DNA of 64,000 nt from Candidatus Iainarchaeum sp. (GCA_043809245.1 JAZDDZ010000049.1:13864-77863); one strand, 5' to 3'; positions 19,009-28,603 are shown, numbered from the stretch's first letter. Notes: generated from the sequence alone by a model not told the origin. Translations and numbers: made by a program.

Positions 19009-19274
19009 TTCTCGCAGAATTTTGAATTCTGGCTATTTTTTGCTCCGCATGCTCTACAAAATATTGCTTTTTCATTTGGTTGAGTAGCCTGAATTTGTTG
19101 GCTTGGTTTTGAATCAGCTTTAATCATAAACAAGCCAATAACAAATAGAATCGCAAATACTATTGTTGCAATGAGTGAAACGTCTGTGAAAAATTTTATT
19201 AAAGTTAAAACGTTTTTTAAAGAAGCCGAGCTGTCTTTAACCATGGCCATAATTCGCCAATACTGCCGCCCCAT
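18990..19274 (-). CDS. Small membrane protein with a C-terminal zinc ribbon
   Basis: One TM helix, then CRACGAKNSQNSKFCEKCGEKI. Same tail architecture as the neighbouring large protein. Confidence 0.4.
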   Translation of the reverse strand: MGRQYWRIMAMVKDSSASLKNVLTLIKFFTDVSLIATIVFAILFVIGLFMIKADSKPSQQIQATQPNEKAIFCRACGAKNSQNSKFCEKCGEKI

Positions 19275-19504
19275 CCCGCGGCCTCTCCAATCACTGGAAC
19301 CCAGTTAAGGCCTTTAACTGTTTGCAAAAAAGAAGTAGCAGAAGTATACCAATCCGAATGCGATATTGAATAGATTTGCTCATTAGCCTGGTACGCGCTG
19401 TTAATAGTTCCGGAGAGAGGAGTTAGATAAATAAAGAAGGTTAAGAAAATGATTAACATGGCTAAGGAAAAGCCCGCTAAGAACGCCCCACCCACTTTTC
19501 CCAT
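19217..19504 (-). CDS. Small membrane protein
   Basis: Two hydrophobic helices. Weak call; overlaps the previous ORF by about 58 nt. Confidence 0.3.
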   Translation of the reverse strand: MGKVGGAFLAGFSLAMLIIFLTFFIYLTPLSGTINSAYQANEQIYSISHSDWYTSATSFLQTVKGLNWVPVIGEAAGWGGSIGELWPWLKTARLL

Positions 19505-19564
19505 AGTACTATTTTTGGCCTTGAAATGCCTTTAAAATCTATCGTAATGGCAAAATGGCTTTAG

Positions 19565-20224
19565 TTGAAAAAGGCTTTGTTTGAGTACTATTTAATGGAT
19601 AACAACTATCAGAACCGAACGCGGGTCAATGATATTCAAGCTAGAATAAGTCACGAGATATACTTAGAGGTAAGTGAAAAAATTAAAGAAGGAGATATTT
19701 CTAAAGCAAAAGAACTTTTTTTAGAAAATTTTAGACTAATTATCCATGAGATAAGTCAATTTGGCGGTATTAAAGAAAGAAAGCATTTATTTGGAAGAGT
19801 AGCTCAAGGAATTAATTTTTTAAAGGACACGTATTTTTTTGACATTAAATATGGAGAAATTAATGATGCAAAGAAAGAATTATTTACAATATTTAATGAA
19901 CATTTGGTAGTGGTAATTGCGCTAATATTAAAAGATGAGGAAGATTTTGGGGCAATAGAATATATTGACAGAATGATTCACCCATTATTTTATATTGAAA
20001 AGAGAGATGCTCCAGATTATGCGGGCTTTACTGTATCCCGAGTTGATGAAAAATATTTTTTCGATGTTTTCAGATTTCGTTTTAAAAATGCGTCAAAAGA
20101 TTATGACGAACTAAAGTTTGAAATTGAAAAATACAAAAACTGGGTTGAAGAAAAAAACAAAAAGTTTGCTGATTTACTTAAAAATCGTGGTATAAATGCC
20201 GAGTATAAAAAAGCGAAAGAATAA
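19565..20224 (+). CDS. Hypothetical protein
   Basis: ORF only. AT-rich; no motif recognized. Confidence 0.35.
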   Translation: MKKALFEYYLMDNNYQNRTRVNDIQARISHEIYLEVSEKIKEGDISKAKELFLENFRLIIHEISQFGGIKERKHLFGRVAQGINFLKDTYFFDIKYGEINDAKKELFTIFNEHLVVVIALILKDEEDFGAIEYIDRMIHPLFYIEKRDAPDYAGFTVSRVDEKYFFDVFRFRFKNASKDYDELKFEIEKYKNWVEEKNKKFADLLKNRGINAEYKKAKE

Positions 20225-20843
20225 ACAAAGGTATCTAGAGCTAAAAAAGCTTGACGATTATTTAGCCTCTTGGATAGAACAAAAAAATAAAGAATTCAGA
20301 GAGTTCACAGACCAGAACGTAGCGTTGATGCGAGAAGAAAACATTCGCTTAAGAAAAGATGCTGCAGAAGTTTACCAAAAAGCTGAAAAGAAACTTGACG
20401 AACAGCAAATAAGACTAGTAGAAGTATTGGGAATATTTACTGCAATACTTGCTTTTGTTATAACATTTGTCCAAATCTCTGTAAGTTTTTCGGCTATAGA
20501 AGCATTTGGCTTAATTATTGCCATTGGCATCATCTTGATAATATTTATATTTTTGTTAAAGAAAATAATAGAACCTAAAGCGCAAAATGAGAAAATGATT
20601 AGTATCCCGAAAGAAAAAAAATTCGATTGGCCCCGAGAAATAAGGCGCATTTTAAATCCTTTTCTTACAGTATTTATTTCTATATCTATATCGATTTTGG
20701 TTTATTCAGAAGTAATAATAAGAAATGAAATAGATGCTAACTTTTGGATTTTACTTTTTTTCGGTACTTTAGCAATTTTTATTTTAATTAATTCTCCGAT
20801 TTTCTATTTAATATCTTGGCAAAACAAAGGGCTACTCAAATGA
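20196..20843 (+). CDS. Hypothetical membrane protein
   Basis: Coiled-coil N-terminus and three C-terminal TM helices. Confidence 0.35.
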   Translation: MPSIKKRKNKQRYLELKKLDDYLASWIEQKNKEFREFTDQNVALMREENIRLRKDAAEVYQKAEKKLDEQQIRLVEVLGIFTAILAFVITFVQISVSFSAIEAFGLIIAIGIILIIFIFLLKKIIEPKAQNEKMISIPKEKKFDWPREIRRILNPFLTVFISISISILVYSEVIIRNEIDANFWILLFFGTLAIFILINSPIFYLISWQNKGLLK

Positions 20844-20849
20844 ACTGAT

Positions 20850-22001
20850 CTAAGTTGGAGTTTGAGGAGTTTTTTTATTAATGGCTTCATACAATTTGCT
20901 AAACTTTTTTTCTTGCCAGTCATAAAATATTTTTCCGAAAACACGCACCAGAATAGCGTGTAAAATTATACCTATAAAAAAAGCAAGGGCAAAAGCAAAA
21001 ATTAATTGCATAGAAAGTAATATCTGAACCGCCATTGAATTAGCATAAATGCTAGGCAGGTTCTGCACAATGGCGTTTATGGAATACTGTATTAATAAAA
21101 TATAGAATATTACAAGAAACAAAATTGTGGAAATTGCCCACACAATCCAGGAAGTCCAGTGCCTTTGAAAATGAATAAGCGGGACCATTCTTTCTAAAGG
21201 CCAAAATTTTTCATTAGGAATATTTTTGATTATTTTTACTTCTTCAATAGCGTTTAGCTGGTTTTTTAAAGCTGCTTTAATTATCTCCTTGTCATCTTTC
21301 CAATCTGCAAGTATTTTTTTCATAGTTTCAAGATTTATTAGGTTTGGGAAATAGGAAATAAGTCGAATAGTATCTTTCTTACTTAACTTTAGTTTATATA
21401 ATTCATCTATTGCATCCGGGTTTAATTCTTGTTGAGTAAGCAGAGAATCAATTAGCACGGGGCTGTTCCAACTATTTTTAACTAATAGAGATATTGTTTT
21501 AGTTAGCTCTATACCAATAATATTGTAACTATCTATTTCTTGTATTATACTTGTTTGGGCCTCTTTTTTTATTTCCGCAAAAATTTTTTCCTTCCTTAAT
21601 TTCCTAGCTATTGCGCCCCAATTCTCAATTGCTATATCGATGACCGTTAAAACTGCAAGCACTGCAACAATAATAACAAAAATAGTATTCTGTAGGTCTC
21701 CGCTTTTCCAAAGCACCATTAAAAAGGCAATTGCTAAAATACTTTTCCAAGCAGTATCCGAAATTTTCAAAAAACGTGTCAAGACTGATCGTAGTAATTC
21801 AGTAATTGTTTCTAAAAAATCGAAAAATTTTGTGATTGGTCGATTATCCTCGGGTCTTCTGAAAATTCTGCTGCCGATATCAACACTAACGTCAGGCAAC
21901 GTAAATAAGTCATTAGGCATTAATCTTGTAGGTATTTTCTCTTTTCCCATAGCTATATATCGCATAATAATCTTTTTATAGTGCAAAGATAGCTGCTTCA
22001 C
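20850..22001 (-). CDS. Hypothetical polytopic membrane protein
   Basis: Several TM helices at both ends; no motif recognized. Confidence 0.4.
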   Translation of the reverse strand: MKQLSLHYKKIIMRYIAMGKEKIPTRLMPNDLFTLPDVSVDIGSRIFRRPEDNRPITKFFDFLETITELLRSVLTRFLKISDTAWKSILAIAFLMVLWKSGDLQNTIFVIIVAVLAVLTVIDIAIENWGAIARKLRKEKIFAEIKKEAQTSIIQEIDSYNIIGIELTKTISLLVKNSWNSPVLIDSLLTQQELNPDAIDELYKLKLSKKDTIRLISYFPNLINLETMKKILADWKDDKEIIKAALKNQLNAIEEVKIIKNIPNEKFWPLERMVPLIHFQRHWTSWIVWAISTILFLVIFYILLIQYSINAIVQNLPSIYANSMAVQILLSMQLIFAFALAFFIGIILHAILVRVFGKIFYDWQEKKFSKLYEAINKKTPQTPT

Positions 22002-22864
22002 ATCTTCTCAATCAACTCCTTTGCAATCGATTCATACGATTCTGAGTTGAAGACCTTGTTAACCAACTCGAGCTGCTCTTGGTGTGAGAAGAAAATGTAT
22101 TGGTCAGTTGTGTCTTCTTTTTTGTGCCTGGCCAGAACTTTGACTAATTCTTTTTGCTTGCAGAATTGATATAGCCTTGTCAGATAGGTTCGCCTAAAGG
22201 AGTGAGTTGATAGCTTGAATAGCTTCTTTTTGCATGGGTTTTCGTGGCTTGGAGTGAAAGCCTCTGCGTAAATGTTTGTTAGGCCGGCTTTCTGCCTGCA
22301 TTTGCCGAAAAAGTTTCTCAAGTGGTCGACTGAGATTCTTTCTCTTTTCTGGAATGGATTCAACGAAAAGAAAAGAAAGCCATTGGCCTGCTTTATCTCT
22401 TCTTTATAGCGCTCCGCATACATTTGAATGCACTCTAATGCTATTTGAGGCATTGGTTGGTCGGATGGCAGTTCTGCTTTCTCTGTGAGAAGAGAGATTA
22501 CGCCTCTTTCAAAGTCACAGTCTTGCAGCCTTATTTTCACTACTTCTCCGACTCTGAAGCCGCCTGTGAGCATTAAGAACATTGCAAGGCCTTGCTTTGC
22601 TCTTTTAGCGGGAATCGCTGAAAACAGTTTCATTAAGTCAAGGTCAGAGAATACTCTGTAGACGTTTCTGCTTTTAGGCGAAGAACGCTTTTTAATAGAC
22701 GGAAATTTTTCCTTTAACACTTCGCCAGTTATTTTTCGCAGCATTTTCAAATCAGATGCTGCAAGCTGTGTCAGGAATTCGCTCCATTGTTTTTCGAAGC
22801 CAACAATCGACCTTGGCTTCCTTCTGCTAACCGAAAACCGATTGCCTGCTTCCAGACCCGAAAT
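21998..22864 (-). CDS. Tyrosine recombinase/integrase (XerC/D-phage integrase family)
   Basis: The catalytic-domain motifs are LMLTGGFRVGEV (Arg I), HSFRRTYLTRL (His-x-x-Arg) and LARHKKEDTTDQYI (His/Tyr region). The track ORF runs to 22897 but its first 11 codons overlap the tRNA, so the true start is internal. Confidence 0.8.
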   Translation of the reverse strand: MSGLEAGNRFSVSRRKPRSIVGFEKQWSEFLTQLAASDLKMLRKITGEVLKEKFPSIKKRSSPKSRNVYRVFSDLDLMKLFSAIPAKRAKQGLAMFLMLTGGFRVGEVVKIRLQDCDFERGVISLLTEKAELPSDQPMPQIALECIQMYAERYKEEIKQANGFLFFSLNPFQKRERISVDHLRNFFGKCRQKAGLTNIYAEAFTPSHENPCKKKLFKLSTHSFRRTYLTRLYQFCKQKELVKVLARHKKEDTTDQYIFFSHQEQLELVNKVFNSESYESIAKELIEKM

Positions 22865-22936
22865 TGGACCCAGCGGGAATTGAACCCGCGACCTCATCCT
22901 TGCGAAGGATGCGTCCTACCACTAGACTATGGGCCC
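22865..22936 (-). tRNA. tRNA-Ala: tRNA-Ala(CGC)
   Basis: Manual fold: acceptor GGGCCCA/TGGGTCC with a G3:U70 pair, anticodon loop TTCGCAA, T-loop TTCAATT. 72 nt; no encoded CCA. Confidence 0.85.
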
Positions 22937-23000
22937 TTTTTTTGGCGCTTATTGATTTTTTGATGGCTTAACTGTTAAATATCTTTTCATTGGCTGTATT

Positions 23001-23690
23001 TTATTGCTTATCAAAGTGCAGGTCAAAGGCAAGCATTATTTTTCTTCGGGGATCATAAAAGCAGTTATGGTTCTCCAAGTCAGCAATTCCTAATGCTTCT
23101 AGTTTTTTGCACGCACGCGCCCTTCTTTTATCAAGTGCATCAAACAATCCCTCGTCAGAATATTGTATTTCTTCAACGGTTTTAAAGCTGTAAAACCTTG
23201 ATACTAGGAAAGATTGTTTGCCTGATTTGAAAGCAAATTCGTACTGGATTGGCTCAATGCCTTGTTTTAACAAAATTTTTTCCGCCTTATGCATTGCAGC
23301 TATTTGCTGGGGCGCATAATGCATGGGCCTATCGCCAGGAAAGACAACATTGCCAGGCAATTGAGTAAATTCTTTTACGAATAATCTTTTTCCTCCGCGG
23401 CGAAGAAGAAATCCATTCGTATCACCTATTTCCCGTTTAAATTTCACAGTTGTTTCACCGACAGTAATGGAAGCGCCTTTGCCTTCAACTAAAAGTCTTG
23501 CCCATGCCTGAAGAAAATCCTTAATTACCCCTGGGTTCTGCCTGATAAATTTCCTTGCCCTTTCAGTGTAAGCAAAGCTTCTTCCGCTCTTCTTCCCCTC
23601 AACAAAAGTCAAAGGCAGCAGGCTTCTTGGTTTTCCTGGAATGCGGGGCTTGTTTCCCTTGCCTATAGCCATGAAATGAATTATTGCCAC
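23001..23690 (-). CDS. Hypothetical protein transcribed divergently from the intein-containing ATPase
   Basis: ORF with a basic N-terminus; no motif recognized. The 46-bp shared intergenic region contains a TTAATATAATTG TATA-like element. Confidence 0.4.
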   Translation of the reverse strand: MAIIHFMAIGKGNKPRIPGKPRSLLPLTFVEGKKSGRSFAYTERARKFIRQNPGVIKDFLQAWARLLVEGKGASITVGETTVKFKREIGDTNGFLLRRGGKRLFVKEFTQLPGNVVFPGDRPMHYAPQQIAAMHKAEKILLKQGIEPIQYEFAFKSGKQSFLVSRFYSFKTVEEIQYSDEGLFDALDKRRARACKKLEALGIADLENHNCFYDPRRKIMLAFDLHFDKQ

Positions 23691-23736
23691 AATAAATTAA
23701 TATAATTGTTTACTGTAATAATATCGGGCGCTATTT

Positions 23737-26700
23737 ATGGCTGAAGAGACCGCGGAAAAAGAGGAAGAGGAAAGGCCTTTCGGGGCAGAGGAACGTGTCA
23801 AGGTTTTGAAGAATTCCTCTGAGAAAGACTTGTTTGAGGAAATGCTCGGCGAAGAAAAAAAAGCAAAGCCAAAAGAGGCAAAAGTAGAAATCACGCAGAA
23901 CAAGGAAGCGGGTTTCATTGCGATAAAAGAGCATAAAAAGCCGCGCAAGAAAAGGGCGGAGAAAAGCGTGTTAAAGGACGCCGAAAAGATTGATGAAAAA
24001 TCTATGGAGGAGGGGGGTCAGGAAGAACCAGTAACTGGGGGGGAAACTAGGTTCCCCCGCGGTTCGGAAGAAGAATCAGGCGGTGATGAATGGGGCGAGC
24101 ACCACGATGCCTTGGCTGAATTGGCTGTTGAGAACGGAACAAGGGAGATTGGCACAAAGGAAAAGGACTGGGATTTATACGAAAAGCCTGAAAGGGAAAA
24201 AATAAGGCAGACTCTGATTGAAAAAGCGAAAAAAGCAGGCGAAGAGGATTCAAGCAGTGGCGGAGGAGCGATTGCATTAAAGTTTTTGGACGATGTGGAA
24301 AAAAACTCAGTTTTCATCGGCAGAAAAAAATCAGTGCACAAAAAATTCGGGTACGAGGGCGCGCTGATGGTTGGCAAGGTCAACGAAGACGATTACAAGG
24401 AATCAAAAGTGCATTTGGATTCACTGAACCCGCACGTGATATTCGTTTGCGGCGCGAGGGGAAGCGGCAAATGCCTTACAGGGGGCACGCTGATAACGCT
24501 TGAATCAGGCGAAGTAATCCCAATAAAAGAACTGGAAGAAAGGAACGAAAAACTGTTTGCATTAAACCATGAACTAAAAATAGGGGCAACTAACAGAACG
24601 GAATTCTTTAAGAGAACCGTTAACCGCACACTTTCTTTAAGATTGAAAAGCGGAAAAGAAATAGAGTTAACGCCCGAACACCCCCTTTTCACAATCAACG
24701 GGTGGCTGCCTGCGGAAGAACTGGGAAAAGGCGACAGGATTGCCACGCCGAGGGTTTTGCCCGCATTCGGAAGCAGGAAAATGAAGGAATGCGACGTAAA
24801 ATTATTGGCTTATCTGTTGGCTGAAGGGCATTTGAGCAACCACTTTGTGCTGTTCAGCAACATGGATGAAAAAATCATCTCCGATTTCATGTTAGGCGTT
24901 AGGGAATTTGATGAGGGATTGAAAATAGAGGGTCACGGAGCGCTAGGCTGTTTTAGGGTTGCACAGAAAAAGAAAAAAGTGGACACAAGCCACATTGTAA
25001 GGAATGAACAAGGGCAGTTCACTGATAAGGGATTCATTGTTGCGCAGAAAAGCTCTTTGATGCAGTGGCTTGAAAGCATAGGAATTTACGGCAAGCTGTC
25101 TGCGGAAAAATTCATCCCAAAAGAAGTAATGGAACTGGAGAAAGCACAGCTGGCTTTGTTCTTGAACAGGCTTTTCAGCTGCGATGGAACAATTCACAGG
25201 GTCAGCAGGACAACTAACTGGAGCATTTCAATCGGGTTCAGTTCCGAGAAAATGACAAGGCAGGTGCAGCATCTGCTGTTAAGGTTTGGGATTCTTTCTA
25301 GGTTCAGGAAAAAACAAAGCAAGTTAAAAGGAAAAATATTCAAAAGCTTTGAAACAGTTTTATACGCTGAAAACGTAATTAAGTACCTTAACGAAATTGG
25401 TTTTTACGGCGAAAAAGAAGAAAGGGCTGCAATTGCCTTGCCTGAAATGAATGCAAAGAAAAGGAACCCGAATTTTGACACGGTTCCAAAAGACGTTTGG
25501 GAAAGGTTTCCGTCAGGCAACTGGAAAACAATCGGGAGAGAGTTAGGCTATGCGCCCCAGTCATTCCACAATACAAAACTTTATGCGCCTTCAAGGGAAA
25601 AATTGCTAAAAATTGCCACAATAGCGCAAAACAAGGGCGCACAAATGCTTGCAGAGGCTGACATTTACTGGGATACAATTGAAGAAATCAAGGAAAACCT
25701 TGAAGAAAAAGAAGTATTCGATATTTCCGTGCCCGAGTTCCATAATTTTGTAGCAAATGATATAATTGTGCACAATTCGTACATCCTTGGAGTGATAGCG
25801 GAGGAAATAGCAAAGCACAATCCGAATATAGGTGCTGTTGTGATTGACCCTGTTGGTGTTTTTTGGAGCATGAAATTTCCGAACAAGGAAGAAAAAGAAC
25901 TCCAGATTTTAAGCGAATGGGGATTGCAGGCAAACGGATTGGATAACTTGAAAGTGTTCATCCCTGAGGGAATGAAAAGCGAAACACCGAAAAACACTTA
26001 TGATGGAACCTTTTCGATTCCGCCTTCCTTGCTGACGCCGGATGACTGGTGCTTAACGTACGGAATTGAAAGGTTTTCGCCGACTGGATTGCTGCTTGAC
26101 AAAGTGATTAAAAAAGTCGGCCACGGGCATAAGACCCTTGACGGAAAATATGTGAAAGGAAAAGACAAGGCATTCGGCTTGAATGACTTGATTAATTGCC
26201 TTGAATTTGACGCGGAACTGAATTCACGCGAGAAAGGATACAAGCAGGACTCAATCCGTGCCTTGACCACGAGGTTTGAGGCAGCAAAGACCTGGGGAAT
26301 TTTTTCTGACAGGGGAACTCCTTTGGCGGAACTTTCAAGGGAAGGGCAGCTGACAGTAATTGACACTAGCTTTTTGGAGGACAATGTGACTGCATTGGTG
26401 ATTGGAATTTTGGCGAGAAGGATTCTTGCTGCGAGAAAAATCACGACAAGAAAGGAAGCCGCAAGCCAGTTTAAGTCAGAGGGGGGCATGAAGGAAATTT
26501 TGGAGTTGGAGATTCCGCCGACATGGCTTTTCATTGACGAAGCCCATACGCTTATGCCGAGCGGGAACCAGAAGACTGCGGCAACCGATTCACTGGTTGA
26601 ATATGTGAAGCAGGGAAGAAGGCCGGGCTGTTCCTTGGTTGCGGCAACACAGCAGCCGAGCGCAATTGACACGAAAGTTTTAAGCCAGCTGGACATTTTG

Positions 26701-27978
26701 ATTGCGCATAAATTGATTTTTGACGACGACATAAAAGCGGTGTTCAAGCGCGCGCCGACAATTGTGCCTTCAAGGTACAAGAAAGGCAATTTCATCAAAA
26801 CGCTTCCGGTTGGAACTGCATTGGTTGCAGACAGGAGTGAGGAAACAAGCCGCGCATTCATTATGAAAATCAGGCCGAGGATGAGCCAGCATGAGGGAAG
26901 GGAAGCCGAGGCAACAGACAGGGACATCACCTTGAAGCCCGAGCAAGTGGAAAAATTCGCTTCCGAGGCGATTCTGAGGCAGCTGGAAAGCGATGGAACA
27001 GTTGAGATAAGGGAAATTGATAGAGTTGTTGCCACAATGAGCGCAAAATACAAGGCAAAGGCGCAGCTGTCAAAGGTATTGGATTTATTGGAGAAGAAAG
27101 GCGCAATAGTGGAGAAAGACATTGTGAGGCTGCCTGGAGTGCAGGCGGAAAAAGAAGAAGAGGAAAAAGAGGAAATGAAAAGGGAAGCCGGGGAAGAGGC
27201 ACCTGCAGAGAAAGAGGCACCGCAGAAAGTCGCTGAAGCCGTTGAGATTCTCGCGTTCCAGAACCGATTGGGGGAGAAAGAGGCAAAGACAGCTGTTGAC
27301 AGGTTCAGGAAAAAGAAGGTTTTGGGATTCCTTGGCTCGGAAGAGGAAGTGAAGGCGTTAAGGCTGAAGCATGCAACTGTTTGGAAGGTTTACTTTGAGG
27401 AATTCGGGCCAAAAAACGAGTTCTACCCAAGGGAGTGCTACATAAATTCTTTGGATGGGGAAATGCTGCACTTTGATGGAAAGAAGTTCGTTGAATCAAA
27501 GGGCTTCAGCTTGTTTTATGATTTGGGCGAAGAGCAGTTAAAGGTTGCAAGGGAGTTAAGGGGCAACGTGAAGTACTCCTTGCCGCAGATTGTGGAGAAA
27601 ACAGGCGTTGAGGAGTCAAAAGTGAAGAGGTCATTGGATAACCTCATTTCATTGAAGCTGGCTGGAACAGGCAAGGACCAGAAATCTGGAAAAAATTATT
27701 ATTTCCTTAAAGCGGAAATGGATTTGCCTCCGCGCTCAGACCATGAAATGGTTTCATCGCCGAAAAAAGTTCCATTGGTGAGAAGCGAGGCGGTTGAAAA
27801 GGAAAGGGAGAATATTTCAAGGGAAAAACTGCCTGAAGTGCTGAGAAGGCTTTGGCCAAATGCGCTTGTGAAAAAGGTTTCCGAGATTCACAGGCCTTTC
27901 TGGGAGGCAACGCTTGCTGAAAAAGGAAAGGAAAGGAAGATATGGGTTGACGCGGTCAGCGGGGAAAGGATAAAGTGA
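23737..27978 (+). CDS. FtsK/HerA-superfamily P-loop ATPase (HerA/VirB4-like) with a K/E-rich N-terminal extension, an intein in the Walker A loop, and C-terminal wHTH-like domains
   Basis: Extein Walker A VIFVCGARGSGK|...|SYILGV. Walker B WLFIDEAHTL. A HerA-type AATQQPSAIDTKVLSQLDILIAHKL motif is present. Confidence 0.75.
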   Translation: MAEETAEKEEEERPFGAEERVKVLKNSSEKDLFEEMLGEEKKAKPKEAKVEITQNKEAGFIAIKEHKKPRKKRAEKSVLKDAEKIDEKSMEEGGQEEPVTGGETRFPRGSEEESGGDEWGEHHDALAELAVENGTREIGTKEKDWDLYEKPEREKIRQTLIEKAKKAGEEDSSSGGGAIALKFLDDVEKNSVFIGRKKSVHKKFGYEGALMVGKVNEDDYKESKVHLDSLNPHVIFVCGARGSGKCLTGGTLITLESGEVIPIKELEERNEKLFALNHELKIGATNRTEFFKRTVNRTLSLRLKSGKEIELTPEHPLFTINGWLPAEELGKGDRIATPRVLPAFGSRKMKECDVKLLAYLLAEGHLSNHFVLFSNMDEKIISDFMLGVREFDEGLKIEGHGALGCFRVAQKKKKVDTSHIVRNEQGQFTDKGFIVAQKSSLMQWLESIGIYGKLSAEKFIPKEVMELEKAQLALFLNRLFSCDGTIHRVSRTTNWSISIGFSSEKMTRQVQHLLLRFGILSRFRKKQSKLKGKIFKSFETVLYAENVIKYLNEIGFYGEKEERAAIALPEMNAKKRNPNFDTVPKDVWERFPSGNWKTIGRELGYAPQSFHNTKLYAPSREKLLKIATIAQNKGAQMLAEADIYWDTIEEIKENLEEKEVFDISVPEFHNFVANDIIVHNSYILGVIAEEIAKHNPNIGAVVIDPVGVFWSMKFPNKEEKELQILSEWGLQANGLDNLKVFIPEGMKSETPKNTYDGTFSIPPSLLTPDDWCLTYGIERFSPTGLLLDKVIKKVGHGHKTLDGKYVKGKDKAFGLNDLINCLEFDAELNSREKGYKQDSIRALTTRFEAAKTWGIFSDRGTPLAELSREGQLTVIDTSFLEDNVTALVIGILARRILAARKITTRKEAASQFKSEGGMKEILELEIPPTWLFIDEAHTLMPSGNQKTAATDSLVEYVKQGRRPGCSLVAATQQPSAIDTKVLSQLDILIAHKLIFDDDIKAVFKRAPTIVPSRYKKGNFIKTLPVGTALVADRSEETSRAFIMKIRPRMSQHEGREAEATDRDITLKPEQVEKFASEAILRQLESDGTVEIREIDRVVATMSAKYKAKAQLSKVLDLLEKKGAIVEKDIVRLPGVQAEKEEEEKEEMKREAGEEAPAEKEAPQKVAEAVEILAFQNRLGEKEAKTAVDRFRKKKVLGFLGSEEEVKALRLKHATVWKVYFEEFGPKNEFYPRECYINSLDGEMLHFDGKKFVESKGFSLFYDLGEEQLKVARELRGNVKYSLPQIVEKTGVEESKVKRSLDNLISLKLAGTGKDQKSGKNYYFLKAEMDLPPRSDHEMVSSPKKVPLVRSEAVEKERENISREKLPEVLRRLWPNALVKKVSEIHRPFWEATLAEKGKERKIWVDAVSGERIK
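24472..25776 (+). other. Intein (435 aa) with a LAGLIDADG homing-endonuclease domain, inserted in the P-loop of the ATPase
   Basis: N-terminal splice junction CLTGGTLITL (Cys1). The two LAGLIDADG motifs are LLAYLLAEGHLS and LALFLNRLFSCDGTI. The C-terminal junction is IIVHN|S (His-Asn then Ser+1). Confidence 0.7.
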
Positions 27979-27985
27979 GCGCGGT

Positions 27986-28267
27986 TTACCTTTTGTAAAT
28001 CTCGTCGTGATGGTCAAAGTCAATGAATAAAATGAATTTTTTTTCCCTGTCGAATTTGAATGTTAAAACAAAGCTTTTGTCTATGTGGACTCTTTTCCTG
28101 TCGCTTAAGCCGTGCTTAAGGTTCTTGAAATGCCCAATTGTAAATTCATCCGATTCTATAACGCTTTCAATTTTTTTCATTAAAATTTCATAGCGTCTTC
28201 GGTCAGCCCTGAAAAGCTTTTTCAGTTTTACCTTTAACTCTTCTGAAAAATCGTGGGCTAATGGCAT
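27986..28267 (-). CDS. RelE/ParE-family toxin
   Basis: KNLKHGLSDRKRVHIDKSFVLTFKFD...IDFDHHDEIY matches the RelE/StbE pattern. Confidence 0.65.
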   Translation of the reverse strand: MPLAHDFSEELKVKLKKLFRADRRRYEILMKKIESVIESDEFTIGHFKNLKHGLSDRKRVHIDKSFVLTFKFDREKKFILFIDFDHHDEIYKR

Positions 28268-28522
28268 TCAGTCGCCTTCAATTTCTTTCCTTAAGTCTTT
28301 AATGCTTGTGTGCCTATAGCCGTATTTTTTGAAGTGTTCTTGCTCTATTTTGAGGATTTTCCTGATATAACTTTCCTTTACTTCGGGCTCAACCTCGTTT
28401 TCGCCGTAATCCCCAATGAATTTGTTCAAAGCCTCGCTTTTGTCCTTTAGGTCATACTTTGCCTTTACAACAGTCAAAACCCTATTAGAATATTTGTTCA
28501 AGCTAACCCTTGCATCAACCAT
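28268..28522 (-). CDS. Putative antitoxin of the RelE-like toxin
   Basis: Small acidic ORF whose stop abuts the toxin start (ATG 1 nt after). N-terminus VSLNKYSNRVLTVVKAKYDL. Confidence 0.5.
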   Translation of the reverse strand: MVDARVSLNKYSNRVLTVVKAKYDLKDKSEALNKFIGDYGENEVEPEVKESYIRKILKIEQEHFKKYGYRHTSIKDLRKEIEGD

Positions 28523-28603
28523 AAATACACCTCAATGCACATTATATGCATGTGGTGTGCATCAATTAATTTAAACCTTTCCATTAGCATATTATTAGTG
28601 TAA

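Larger units (their letters stand above)
6927..22888. mobile_element. Integrated element (provirus or integrative plasmid) of about 15.9 kb inserted at the 3' end of tRNA-Ala(CGC)
   Basis: It is flanked by 25-bp direct repeats. A tyrosine integrase abuts the intact tRNA. Cargo includes a TerL-like terminase and an Mrr-helicase. The interior is clearly more AT-rich than the flanks. Confidence 0.75.

Noticed and set aside
25998-27122. 374-aa minus-strand ORF inside the HerA-like ATPase gene
   Set aside because: Antisense to a gene with clear Walker, HerA and intein motifs. Composition is Ser/Leu-rich and shows no motif.
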